From Gnetum montanum (Eukaryota; Plantae; Gnetophyta), in the NCBI GenBank assembly GCA_015680685.1, contig MNCI01002237.1:72648-136647 (forward strand): a DNA stretch of 64,000 nucleotides. Direction: 5' to 3'. Made by a program: the position numbers and the translations under genes. The number at the start of each line of letters is the position of its first letter. Position 1 is the stretch's first letter. A model generated the notes under the pieces. It did not search any database, had not been told where the DNA came from, and saw only the letters and a list, made by a program, of their open reading frames with translations. Shown piece by piece: positions 52,640 to 64,000 of this stretch.

Positions 52640-53145
52640 AAGTGACAATGTAACCCCTACTTTAAAAGTGCAGAATTGTTATTAATTGTATGAATGAGGG
52701 GTTTTGTTGTTGGTGGCAAGTCTTCTGAACGTAAAGATCCTGAAAGAAAATCATTGTCAAGTATATGAATAAAGGATTGTGGTACCAACCCCAAAAGTGC
52801 GCCAAGTGACATTGTAACCCTATATTAAAAGTGCAAGTGAAAATGTAAGGCTTACATTAAAAGCATGACCAAGTCTTCTCAATGTAAAGATTATGGGAGA
52901 AAATAATGGTCAATTACATTAAAAGTGTGGTAAGACTTTTCACCGTAAAGATCACAAAGAATAAAATCATTGTCAACCGTATGGTTAGGGTTAGGGTTGG
53001 TCTTCCCTCCGGCAGAAGGGAAAAAAACAAAAGACCCGACTTGTCTTCCCTTTGAAAACAAAATATTGAGCGTAACCCTTACGTTTAAAATAGCACAAGT
53101 CTTTCCAACTTAAAATCACGGAAGAAAATCATTATCAATTGTCAT
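52640..53145 (+). repeat. Degenerate modular repeat array (TGTAACCC..TTAAAAGTG / AAGTCTT..GTAAAGATC..AAAATCATTGTCAA)
   Basis: 4-5 imperfect copies read directly. Confidence 0.6.
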
Positions 53146-53581
53146 GTTATTCAATTTGTTTGGTGAAAATATAAAACCAAAACACCAAAAGTCCACAGAT
53201 ATCTTACATTGTCAAAATTGTGTGCTGCCTCGTGTGGAATTTCGAATCCTCACAGCAGAATCTGTGCTTCTTACTATCAGGTGCATTTATGCAAGATGTC
53301 AACTGCATTTATGAGTAAATGGAAATTATTGCTCTCCGACAAAATGTCGCTGTATATGACACCGTTTGGAATCCGTGCTCTCCTTTCTGAATTTTCCACT
53401 TGTCTTGTTGACTCACCAAGGCCCAATCGCACAATTCTCCTTTGTTTCAGTGTATAATATATTCCAATGCATTCCCTTCCCATGATACATGTTCAGGTGT
53501 TCAGGCAAGTGAGAGAGAGAGTTATCATGGCTACTCGTGTTTATGCAGCCATGCTTTGGGCAGCTGCACAGATGATGCTTA

Positions 53582-53667
53582 TGCTCATGTTCTTCTTTGT
53601 GTTTGTGTTTGCCCAATATTCTGCTGCTCATGTTCTTCTTTGTGTTTGTGTTTGCCCAATATTCTGC
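53582..53667 (+). repeat. Perfect 43-bp tandem duplication
   Basis: TGCTCATGTTCTTCTTTGTGTTTGTGTTTGCCCAATATTCTGC x2. Confidence 0.95.
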
Positions 53668-53987
53668 AGAGGAATGTATTAGGAAACGAATCAAGCCAAA
53701 AAAAATAAAACTCAGAAAACAAGCACACAACACAGTTTTCGTGGTTCAGCAAAATCACCTCCCATCCAAAGCCGCACGAGAGTTTCATTATATATTTTAT
53801 AAATTATAGTTACAAAGGAGTTTTGGAACATTACATAAATATGCATCAAGAAATTGTTTGTAAATGAAACTGGCCCATGACCCAATAATCGGATCAGTTG
53901 CCACATGACTCCAACAATCTCCCACTTGAAAACTAAGAGAGAAAGAAAAAAAAAAGCTCTTGTAACCTTGCTTCTTTTCCCATGTAC

Positions 53988-54744
53988 ACAATCATTTTAA
54001 TTTCAAGATTTTTGACTAGAATTTAAACAACAAAATGCTAAAATGATTCAAGTTTAAAAAGTTAATGGAAAAGCAAAATAAAGATTGCATTACATAAAGA
54101 AATGTTAGTAAAAATTAAATATTAGCCACTACAAATGGATGGTCTTTGTCATATGTCTACAAATAAGGAATCGTCATCTTACTTTAGAAAATAAGATGGC
54201 TACATGGAAAGCTTGGATTGAAGTGGATGAAATGGAGAATTAGCTAAGAGAAATCACTTGGGGGAAAAAAGACTCAAATGAAAGAAAAGATTGTTACATT
54301 GTAAGCTATAATTGAAGCATAGTTAATGAAGAGGTAGCTTGAAAAAATCAATGAGAAAAAAGCTTACATCAATGTGGTGGTTTGTGAAGTTTTTGCAAAA
54401 CAAGAATAAAGTTGAGTAAAAGCCCTTATATCTTTTTAGATAAGATGGGGGAAAATGAAAACAAAAACCTAGTTGTAGAAGTAGAAGTAATGATAGGCAA
54501 AATAATGTGCATTCAATATTCTCAAATTAAATAACCATTTTATTATGAACTGAAGAATGTGAAACCTAGAAACATTGTTGTTATATTTAACGACATAGAA
54601 GATTGATCCAAAGTTTGGGAACATCACAACCACCTAAAAGATCATAAAATTTTGAATGAACAAAGATGTTACCAAAACAAAACCTACAAAGAGATTTGCA
54701 AGGTGGAAGAAAAGTTTAAAAATGTAAAGTAAAAGGCTTCATGG
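53988..54744 (+). repeat. ~755-bp segment duplicated at 60239-60993
   Basis: Collinear, high identity by eye. Confidence 0.9.
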
Positions 54745-55787
54745 TATTTTTAAATATAAAAGACAATACAATAATTATAAAAACAAAGTATTAAAAGAAT
54801 TTTTTTAAAAAGATATAACATATATTTATTTTGGATTTGTAAACATTGATGAATTGGTAGGAAATAAAGTGAAGGTTTTATGTAATAAATCTTTCTCTAA
54901 TATGTTTAACATTATGTTTATATAAGCAAGACATGGTCAAGTTACTTGACTATTGGACATATTTATTGTATTCAAGATTTATTGCTATTGATGCATTTTT
55001 TGCATTATTTAATTTCTCACAAGAGATCCTTTGGGTCTACTTAGACAAAATGAAATTTTAGTTTCAATTTCAAAAATATTAGAAAAATATAAAAAGAAAG
55101 AAATTTTTTTGATTGCATTGAATCATGAAGGCCTTAATTTAAAGGAAAACTATTCAATAGCTACTAGTAGACTATGACTGAGATCTTGTCAGCAAATTGA
55201 AATAGGTAGATATTAAAAGTTGTTCATGAATAAACAATGGGTCAACTTTGCAATCAAAATAGCATTGATGATAACTACTAAAATTTCTTGCATATAAATA
55301 TTTTAGACAAAAGTAAGATACCACACTTATTGGTTTGGTTAATTTATTCTAAATTATAAATTAAAATTTATAACTTTATAGTTATAATGACATTAACAAC
55401 TCTAATTACTTAACTATAAAAATTGTATGTAGGCATAAGTCACTTAGTTACTTACTATGATATTAGATTTTAAGAAAAAATCTAGCCAGAAAAATCTAAG
55501 GTTAAATCTTGGACATACCTGCCTTGGAAAATAACCTAAAAGTTGATTTTGCATGGAGGTTGCTTCATGCTTCTCGTGAACGGAAGGTCATACAAATGTA
55601 ACAAAGAGAAAGAAAGAAGGAACGTGGTAAGTTGGGGTTGTAGCATACGCGTTTTAGCACTGCTATGGTACCACGCTCTTCAGCAGTCGATTCCTCAACA
55701 AATCATTCCGCGTCTAGGTATTCTTTGCTTTAAAGAAAGACTATCATAAGAATATGACTTTTATGGTCAACAAACATTACAAAATTA

Positions 55788-56050
55788 AATATCTTATCTT
55801 GACAACCAGCTCAAATAGATCTTATAATAATGATGCGATAATTTAGAAATATCTTATCTTGACAACCGGCTCAAATATCTTATAATAATGATGTGATAAT
55901 TTAGTAGTAGGATATTTGATTTGAATGTTAGGATATTATAATGTGATAATTTAGTAGTAGGATATTTGATTTGAATGTTAGGATATTATAATGTGATAAT
56001 TTAGTAGTAGGATATTTGATTTGAATGTTAGGATATTTGATTTGAATTTT
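55788..56050 (+). repeat. Tandem repeats in the CRK proximal promoter (~60-bp x2, then 50-bp x~3)
   Basis: AATATCTTATCTTGACAACC... x2; TGTGATAATTTAGTAGTAGGATATTTGATTTGAATGTTAGGATATTATAA x~3. Confidence 0.9.
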
Positions 56051-56122
56051 AGGCTGGATTTCGAAACTTTGAATGAACGGCAGCACATGCATGCCTCTGT
56101 ACTAGTCCTGAAACTTTAAGAC

Positions 56123-58944
56123 ATGGCAATTGGATGTATCGATACTCTGAATTTGCCATTTCATCAGAAACGCAGCAACCTTGCAATGGAGAGCAACACT
56201 CACGTTCACCACCGCTGTGTTATCTTTGCTTTCACAATCCTCTTGTGCTGCTTCTGTTGCTGCGTCACTCACACCTGTCCAATCTGCGGCTCAGAAAATT
56301 ACACAGAGGGCACTCAGTATGCCAGAAACGTGGAGACTGTGATGGATAACTTGATCAAGGCGTCAAAACAAGCTGCAGCGTTCAATATTTCTGTTGTTGG
56401 GAACGGAAACGATACAGTCTGTGGCCTGTTCCAGTGCAGAGGAGGCAAAACAGCGTCCGAGTGTTTTGCTTGCGCTCAAAGTGCCAAAAGCGATCTGCAT
56501 CAGAACTGTAAGCAGAAACGCACAGGCTCAACCTGGACCAATGAAACGTGTTTTATGAGATACAGATGTGATTATTTCATAAACCGTCTGGATCTCAATT
56601 ACGCCAAGGTGGTTGATTGCGGTGACGGTGGCAATGTTTCGGACCCTCAAAACTTTAACCAAGTTGTGAGGGAGCTTCTCACCAATTTGTCAGTCCAGGC
56701 CGTGTCTTCTTTCAGCACAAGATATGCGTCAGGCTCTGCCAATTCCACCATACTCACCGTTTACGGCATGGTTCAGTGCTGGAAAGATCTTTCCACGGAT
56801 AATTGCAAAACTTGCTTGGATGATAATCTGGCCTACATGTTCAACAAGTACAGTGGAATCAGAGGAGCCGAGATTGTCGGCCAAAATTGCCTCACTCAGT
56901 ATGAACCAGATGAGTTTTTCAGACCCACAAATCCGCCTCCTGCAAGTTTTCCTAATTCTGCATCTTCCCCTCCTCCAAAGGGGTCAGGTGAGAGATCTTC
57001 CACATTTTCCTATTCTTGGCCCCTTTTTTTGCCCTTTTTCTTTGTTGTTGCTATACTGAATGTTTCTTAATCTACAATCAGGCGATCCGTACAAATCCAA
57101 CTTGCCAAGAAAGTCATTTTAGTGTAATACAAAGGAATTAGCTGAGTGGTAGGAGCCGTCGTATAGAAACACACGTTCCACGTTCGATCCTAATAAGCAC
57201 TAATGAGTTATGAGTAAAATAAAAAAACAAAGAAATTCCTTTTAGGGCCTGACGGACTAAGTAAGAACCCAGATTTATATGCAGTTGTTTTAGTTGGTAA
57301 AGTAGGTCTGTTTTGGACTTTGTTAAAAAATGCAAACCGTCCCTTTTTTGTGTTCCATGTTGCATATTTCCTCTGCACTTCTTTTGTACTTTTGCGCTGC
57401 TTTTATTTATAAAAATTACCAAATTAGTAATGACTGTTCTGTTATTACGTTTAATTGTCAAACTTGCTTTATCAAATTCTGGAAGGGATACTTTCTTTCT
57501 AATGATATTATCTAAAGTCTTGCAACGCATTGTAGAGAATGAGAAATTTAAAAAATGTTTTAAAATTTATCTATAAAATATTAGATTATAAGACATTGAA
57601 AGTTTTCAAATTACCGTTTTTTTATGTGATACCGGGACCAGATAGAAATCTCCTTAGATGTTTGATTATGTGCTTAGATGTTTGATTATGTGTGGATATG
57701 CAGGTGGATCAAAAAGTAAAGTAAAGGTAATCGTGGTCGCCGTTGCAGGTTCTTTTTTCATGGTGCTTTTGATCTGTGGATGTTGGGTTTTTTTGGCTAA
57801 AAGAGAAAGGAAAACACCAGTTATAGGTATTACCNNNNNNNNNNNNNNNNNNNNNNNNNNNNNNNNNNNNNNNNNNNNNNNNNNNNNNNNNNNNNNNNNN
57901 NNNNNNNNNNNNNNNNNNNNNNNNNNNNNNNNNNNNNNNNNNNNNNNNNNNNNNNNNNNNNNNNNNNNNNNNNNNNNNNNNNNNNNNNNNNNNNNNNNNN
58001 NNNNNNNNNNNNNNNNNNNNNNNNNNNNNNNNNNNNNNNNNNNNNNNNNNNNNNNNNNNNNNNNNNNNNNNNNNNNNNNNNNNNNNNNNNNNNNNNNNNN
58101 NNNNNNNNNNNNNNNNNNNNNNNNNNNNNNNNNNNNNNNNNNNNNNNNNNNNNNNNNNNNNNNNNNNNNNNNNNNNNNNNNNNNNNNNNNNNNNNNNNNN
58201 NNNNNNNNNNNNNNNNNNNNNNNNNNNNNNNNNNNNNNNNNNNNNNNNNNNNNNNNNNNNNNNNNNNNNNNNNNNNNNNNNNNNNNNNNNNNNNNNNNNN
58301 NNNNNNNNNNNNNNNNNNNNNNNNNNNNNNNNNNNNNNNNNNNNNNNNNNNNNNNNNNNNNNNNNNNNNNNNNNNNNNNNNNNNNNNNNNNNNNNNNNNN
58401 NNNNNNNNNNNNNNNNTTTTTCAGCGGTTACATGTCTCCTGAGTATGCAATGAAAGGTCAATTATCAACCAAGGCAGATGTGTATAGCTTTGGTGTTCTT
58501 ACTTTGGAAATAATCAGTGGAAGAAAGAATGGGGACTTTGACGTATCCAGTGGGCAAAGCATTTTGACCAAGGTATAATGTCGTTTGCCTGGTGCGTCAA
58601 ATATACTTCTGAATCAGTTTCAACAAAATGCCACAGGAAAACTGACATTTTATATTTTTCAGATATGGAGATTATTTCAACAAGGAAATGTTGGGGACAT
58701 TGTTGACAAAAGTATGGCATCAAACATCTCATATGAGCAAGTGATAAGGTGCATTCATGTGGGGTTTCTATGTACACAAATAGATGCATCTTTAAGACCA
58801 CCAATGTCTACAGTGTTTTCGATGCTCACAAGTGCATCCCTCACCTTGCCAGAACCAGCAGAGCCTGCATTTTTGAGTTATAAGAGTGACAATGATGACA
58901 GGTCTAATGCCGAAAATCAATCAAGTCTGACAGTCCCTCGATAA
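56123..58944 (+). CDS. CRK: Cysteine-rich receptor-like kinase (double DUF26/Gnk2 ectodomain, TM, Ser/Thr kinase); visible exons 56123-56987, 57704-57826, [gap], 58425-58572, 58663-58944
   Basis: Signal peptide; two C-X8-C-X2-C motifs ([26 protein letters not shown]); [25 protein letters not shown]; kinase subdomains VIII-XI; C-terminal P.P.EPAF...S.TVPR; middle kinase exons are hidden in gap 57835-58416. Confidence 0.93.
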
Positions 58945-59053
58945 CATGGTTTCTCAACAGTTTACAGCTGGAAATTTTCATCCTCATCCTAATGTTGGTG
59001 CTGCATGTCTAATTTTTACTGATTATTTTTGCATCTTTAAAAATTATTTTATT

Positions 59054-59137
59054 TTCTTGATGTATAAAACTCAAAGTGCTTACATTCTTGATGTATAAAA
59101 CTCGGAGTGCTTACATTCTTGATGTATAAAACTCAAA
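59054..59137 (+). repeat. 31-bp tandem repeat (~2.7 copies) downstream of the CRK stop
   Basis: TTCTTGATGTATAAAACTC..AGTGCTTACA. Confidence 0.85.
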
Positions 59138-60238
59138 GGGCAATATCCGTTTTGTAAGGTCCAATCTTATCTAATTTATTGGAAAGTAAGTCCTCTAAAT
59201 GGGAGCTCCGGTTGTGCACCGAAAATCGAATAAATGAATGTTAAAGGTTTTCTTTTTTGTTAGGACATGCATGATTGTTTTTTATTTTATTTTGAAAAAA
59301 CTCAAAAGTGTTTATACCACCATAAAAACAAAATTAACAAGAGACATGATTTTTATTATTTATTTGGACATGCAGAGATTACTTGGGGTCTAGTTTTTAT
59401 TTTGTCGGAAATCAGTGAACCACAAGACTCATTGTCTCCCTGCTGAAAGGACTTAAACAGATCTCTAGCGTAAACTTTTCTACCGCGTGCTAAATTTTAC
59501 TGAAGTTTTCTAGCGTAAAATTTTCTATCATGCGCTAAATTTTACTGAGGAAATCTGTCTATGGTCTATTTTGTTTTCCTTTATTTGGTTTCTTTAATTG
59601 TGAGGAACAATATCAAATTAATGTTATTCTTCTTGTTTGCACTATCTGGTGAGAATGTGAGTGAATCAAACCTTGGTTGGTAATATTTCCTCATGACAAA
59701 ATGGGTTGCTTAACAAAAGCAATTCCTTTACATTGTTCATTCCATTTTGGAGAGAGTGGCAAGTTTTACGGAGCAAGGATAGGAGTAAGGCCCTCATATT
59801 ATTAAATCCATTTTAAAACACTTGAGTATTGCTTAATGAACTTCAAAATTAAGATCGAAGTCAACCCTTTTAAATAGAATTTTATAACTTAGTGGAGTTT
59901 ACTAAAATTGAACTTATAAGTATAAACTTAGTTTTTAAAGTCAGAGTTTTATCATTAAGCTAACATTTTATTAGTACAATTCAATGTTTTCTATTTAAAT
60001 TGTAATCAGAATCTAAGCTTTTTAAGTATTAGATTTTTAATGATAATTCATTATTGTTTAAAATGTTATAATGCATATATTTTCCTTTATTTTATCAAGA
60101 TTATGTATAACAATAACATAACTTTATTTTTAAGCAAAGGCTTGCAATTTGTAATCTAGAATATAATGACAAATTCCATCATGTGGGACTAGATTTCAGA
60201 AGGATGTTTCTAGCAATTAGATCTATGAAAGAACATAA

Positions 60239-60993
60239 ACAATCATTTTAATTTCAAGATTTTTGAGTAGAATTTAAACAACAAAATGCTTAAATGATTC
60301 AATCTTTAAAAGTTGATGGAAAAGCAAAGTAAAGATTGCAATACATAAAAAGATGTTAGTAAAATTTAAATATTAGCCACTACAATTGAAGGATCGTTGT
60401 CATATGTCTACAAAATAGAGAATCTTCATCTTACTTTAGAAACTAAGATGGCTGTGGAAAGCTTGGATTGAAGCAAATGAAAAAGAGAATTAGCTAAAAG
60501 AAACCACCTGGGGAAAAAAAATAGACATGAAAGTAAAGATCATTGCATTGGAAGCTATAATTGAAGCACAATTAACAAAGAAGTAGCTTGAAAGATTCAA
60601 TGAGGAAAAAGCTTACATCAATGTGGTGATTTGTGAAGCTTTTGCAAAACAAGAAGAAAGTTGAGTAAAAGCCCTTATATCTATTTTGATAAGATGGAGG
60701 AAAATGGAAACAAAAACCTAGTTGTAGAAGTAGAAGTAATGATAGGCAAAATAATGTGCGTTCAATCTTCTCAAATGAAATAACCATTTTATTATGAGCC
60801 TAAGAATGTGAAACCTAGAAACATTTTTATTATATTTAAAGACATAGAAGGTTGATCCAAAGTTTGGGAACATCACAACCACTTAAAAGATTATAAAATT
60901 TTGAATGAACAAAGATGTTACCAACATAGAAACTACAAAGAGATTTGCAAGGTGGAAGAAAAGTTTAAAAATGCAAAGTAAAAGGTTTCATGG
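60239..60993 (+). repeat. Second copy of the ~755-bp duplicated segment
   Basis: Matches 53988-54744. Confidence 0.9.
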
Positions 60994-63900
60994 AATAGAT
61001 TAATGATTTATTTTTGCATTTACTATTTTCATTAATTAAGCTAAATTAGACTTGAATTGATTAATTAATTAAGTTAAATAGATTAAACACATAAGTACAC
61101 TGCTTTGAGCATAACATATAACACTTGGTAATCTAAGCAACGCTTAACGCTTGGTAGCCCAGCAGTGTTGTATGCGTTCAGGATGTGTACAGAAAGTGGG
61201 ACCAGATGCTTATGTTATTATAGGTAGTTATTAATTAGCAATTAGATTAGTTAAATTGGTTCATAAGTTAAGTTTCAACTTCTTGTTAATCATAGATGAA
61301 TAAAATATAAAATAATAAAAATCATGTGCCTCAATTACACTTAACCATACAACTAAAGCTCTACAAGTGTAGTTGGGAAGACAACAATCATCAGGATTAG
61401 GTTTCATATTTTGGAACCAGTGTACATGGGAATTTAAGATCTACAGAATTTGACTAGATTGCATGTAAGCACTTGTAATTCATATAGTTGGATGTATGGT
61501 ATACTAATTGTTCATCATTGGCGTCATTGTTGGGGATCTTTAGTTTGTTACATGTGCTATCTATGACTTAGTGAAAATTATTCAACATTGTTGGAATGAA
61601 CTCTAAATTCATATCATACTTCAAAATAACTACAAGAACACTAAGCTAGCACATTGTATTTCTTGTCTTCTAATACAAGATGTCTTCTTCTAACAAGAGT
61701 GGTTCTTCACCCAAGTCTAACACAGTAAATCAGTAGGTGCCCTAGCAATACAAAGTGGTATATGTTGATCCTAATGAGTATGTATCAAATTTCACCTTTT
61801 TCCTACACCAGGATGAACTACTGTAGTGGTGAGACATGGAGGGCAACATTGTGTTTCTACTCAATTGATCCATTCCTACGATGCTCCAACAAACTCTTAT
61901 TAAGTTGGCCATCTAGGGGCTTCATGTTGAATATGTTGTGTAGGAAAGTGATGTGAGGAATTATCATCCTACTGATGCACAATGCCTAAGGGATCAATAG
62001 CTAGAGCAACGTTACAAATCTAGAAAGGGAAAGTGGTTCAATGATTTTTCATTCTTGATGTATCAAAAAGATGGTGGAGAACCCTTCTTTATGGGCTTTC
62101 CATTTAGAGAGATTTCTCTCTTTGAATTAGATGAAGGAGGTCAAAACTAGAACTTGTAATCCATGAAAAAGGGGGATCCAAGGAGGAGAGTTATGGTAGG
62201 GATGCAAGCAAGTAGAATGATCATGATCATGGCCATGACCATTGAAGAGGGGTGGAAGGTGTTGTGATGGTGCTAGTCCTCCTTCCTCTTCACCTTCATC
62301 ATCATCTTCTCCCTCTTCTAGCTCTGAAAACAATCATGATGGCAATGACCAATGGGACTGAGATGATCATAGGGATTATCAAGAAAGTCAAGATCTAGGG
62401 TGCAAGCATTCAAGAGAGGCCCATCACCACAAATAAAGGGGTAGCAAAGGGCATTGTAGGCACAAAGATCATGGCTACGATAACCCTTTGCTTACTACCT
62501 AAAGCATGCTAAACATTGTAGAGGTGGTGAGAATTCCTACAAGGCACATAAAGGATAGCTAGATCATGAGGCTAGACATGAACAATATCCCCAAATTCGA
62601 AGGGGCATATAACTCAAATCTATAGAACCATTTTCAAGCTTTTCATGATGCCTGTGCCTTGGAAAATATAGAAAACGACTAGTAAAAGTTTACATTATTT
62701 CCTAGGACATTCATTAAAGAAGCAGAAAGTTAGTATCGGTCCTTGGAGTTAGAATCAATTAGTTGATGGAGTATGATACTTGAACTATTTAACGACAAGT
62801 ATTAAACATACTCCCGAGTGTCCAATCTGAGAAGGTAGATCCAAGGTTGGAAGCAAGAAACACATGAGTCCTTGGATGTTGCCATGGGTAGATATTATTT
62901 CTTATTACACTGATGTTCTAGCCATGGTTATTTTTAATAGAAGCAACTTTGCCATATCATAGATGGACTTAGATCAAAACGAGGAGAACTCTTCGAGTCT
63001 ATGCTCAAGGGTGATTGTCAAAGTTAAGAGCTCATTAGATCTAAAGGCTGATCGAGCAGGTAGCAAAAGAAGAAGAAGAGTTAAGAAAATGTGAAAGTAT
63101 AGAAGAATACAACTGAGATCCTTCCATTTACAAAAGGGAGGTTTGATTTTGTGATAATGAGGAGGAATCATTACTTGATAAGATGGTAAATTGAAAAACC
63201 TTACGGATTCAAAAATTTACCTCTAAAATTTTGACTAATGTAGATCAGTCATGGGACTCTATGGATAGTTTATTTCAAGATATCCTGAAAATTACTGAAG
63301 AGTCCAAAGAACAAGGTAGCGATTGTGACTATAGGAGGTGAAAGGAAGTTGAACATGCCAATCAACAAGGTAAGGGTAAGATTGTTGTAGTAGAGTAAGT
63401 TGCAGAAACTAAATCAGATGATGATGTTGGGTGTGACATTTGCCAATATGAACATCCTAAGGGGTGCTGCCCTATTATGTTACACTTATAAGAATCTAGG
63501 GTGTATGCTCTAACTCCATGACTAGCTAAAAGAAAAACCCCTAGAAGATTGTCTTATCCTTAAGGCAATCCTAGGTAGTTCCATCAACAATAACAATATT
63601 ATCCAAGTGAAACTTCATTGCAACTATACGAGCAATATCAATAGTGGCACCAACCATAATCATGGGGGATGCCACCACCAAGGCAGCAATACCCTTACAG
63701 ATAACCATATTCATATGGGTATTACGTTCAACAACCCTTATCTCCATTTGGCTCTTCTAGTCACTTTTCTCCTTTTCAACATCACTACTACCCTCTTGAA
63801 TACCATAGAGCTCATTCTTCACATTCCAGGAGGGATACCACATTCTATCCTTATTGTGCTCCTATTCCTCCATCCTCAATGCAGCTACCACCTACTCCAT

Positions 63901-64000
63901 CTATGTAGAATGAACTTTCAGCCTAGCCGCAGCAATGCAACACTACCAGGGCCATCAATTTATAACCGGTTCATCAACTAAGTGTTTTGGAACCTCATGC
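60989..64000 (+). mobile_element. Element E: C-related Athila element; 5'-truncated LTR (to 61517), Asp PBS (61519-61538), degenerate gag from 61680; runs off the window
   Basis: LTR aligns to C 14037-14563; PBS TGGCGTCATTGTTGGGGATC; gag collinear with B and C. Confidence 0.9.

Noticed and set aside
52983-53000. TTAGGG telomere-like repeat
   Set aside because: Only ~2.5 units; compatible with chance or a telo-box-like word
53195-53268. Possible miRNA-like hairpin
   Set aside because: Stem is short and heavily bulged; no recognisable mature miRNA
57138-57576. Overlapping ORFs in CRK intron 1
   Set aside because: No recognisable domains; AT-rich intronic sequence

Overview
Vascular-plant nuclear DNA from a gapped assembly (five N-runs). 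About 48 kb is a four-level nest of degenerate Ty3/gypsy LTR retrotransposons. An old Athila-like pol remnant (Z) contains a Tekay chromovirus (A, ~720-47836). A contains a gag-protease-only Athila derivative (B, 5652-12783) and a full Athila element (C, 13686-43732). C contains a Tat/Ogre-type element (D, 21210-38177) and an antisense B-family solo LTR (B', 42337-43376). Next come two tandem cysteine-rich receptor-like kinase (CRK/DUF26) genes: one decapitated pseudogene and one apparently intact gene (56123-58944). A further truncated Athila element (E) runs off the right end. The three most notable observations are: (1) a covarying, twofold-symmetric structured RNA module present in 2-5 copies per complete Athila LTR; (2) a spliced antisense gene of unknown function inside the protease-RT interval of D; (3) family-specific CpG-palindrome arrays shared between the LTR U3 regions and the internal promoters of the accessory genes, resembling an anti-silencing or autoregulatory circuit. 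All coordinates and alignments were read by eye; no searches were run.
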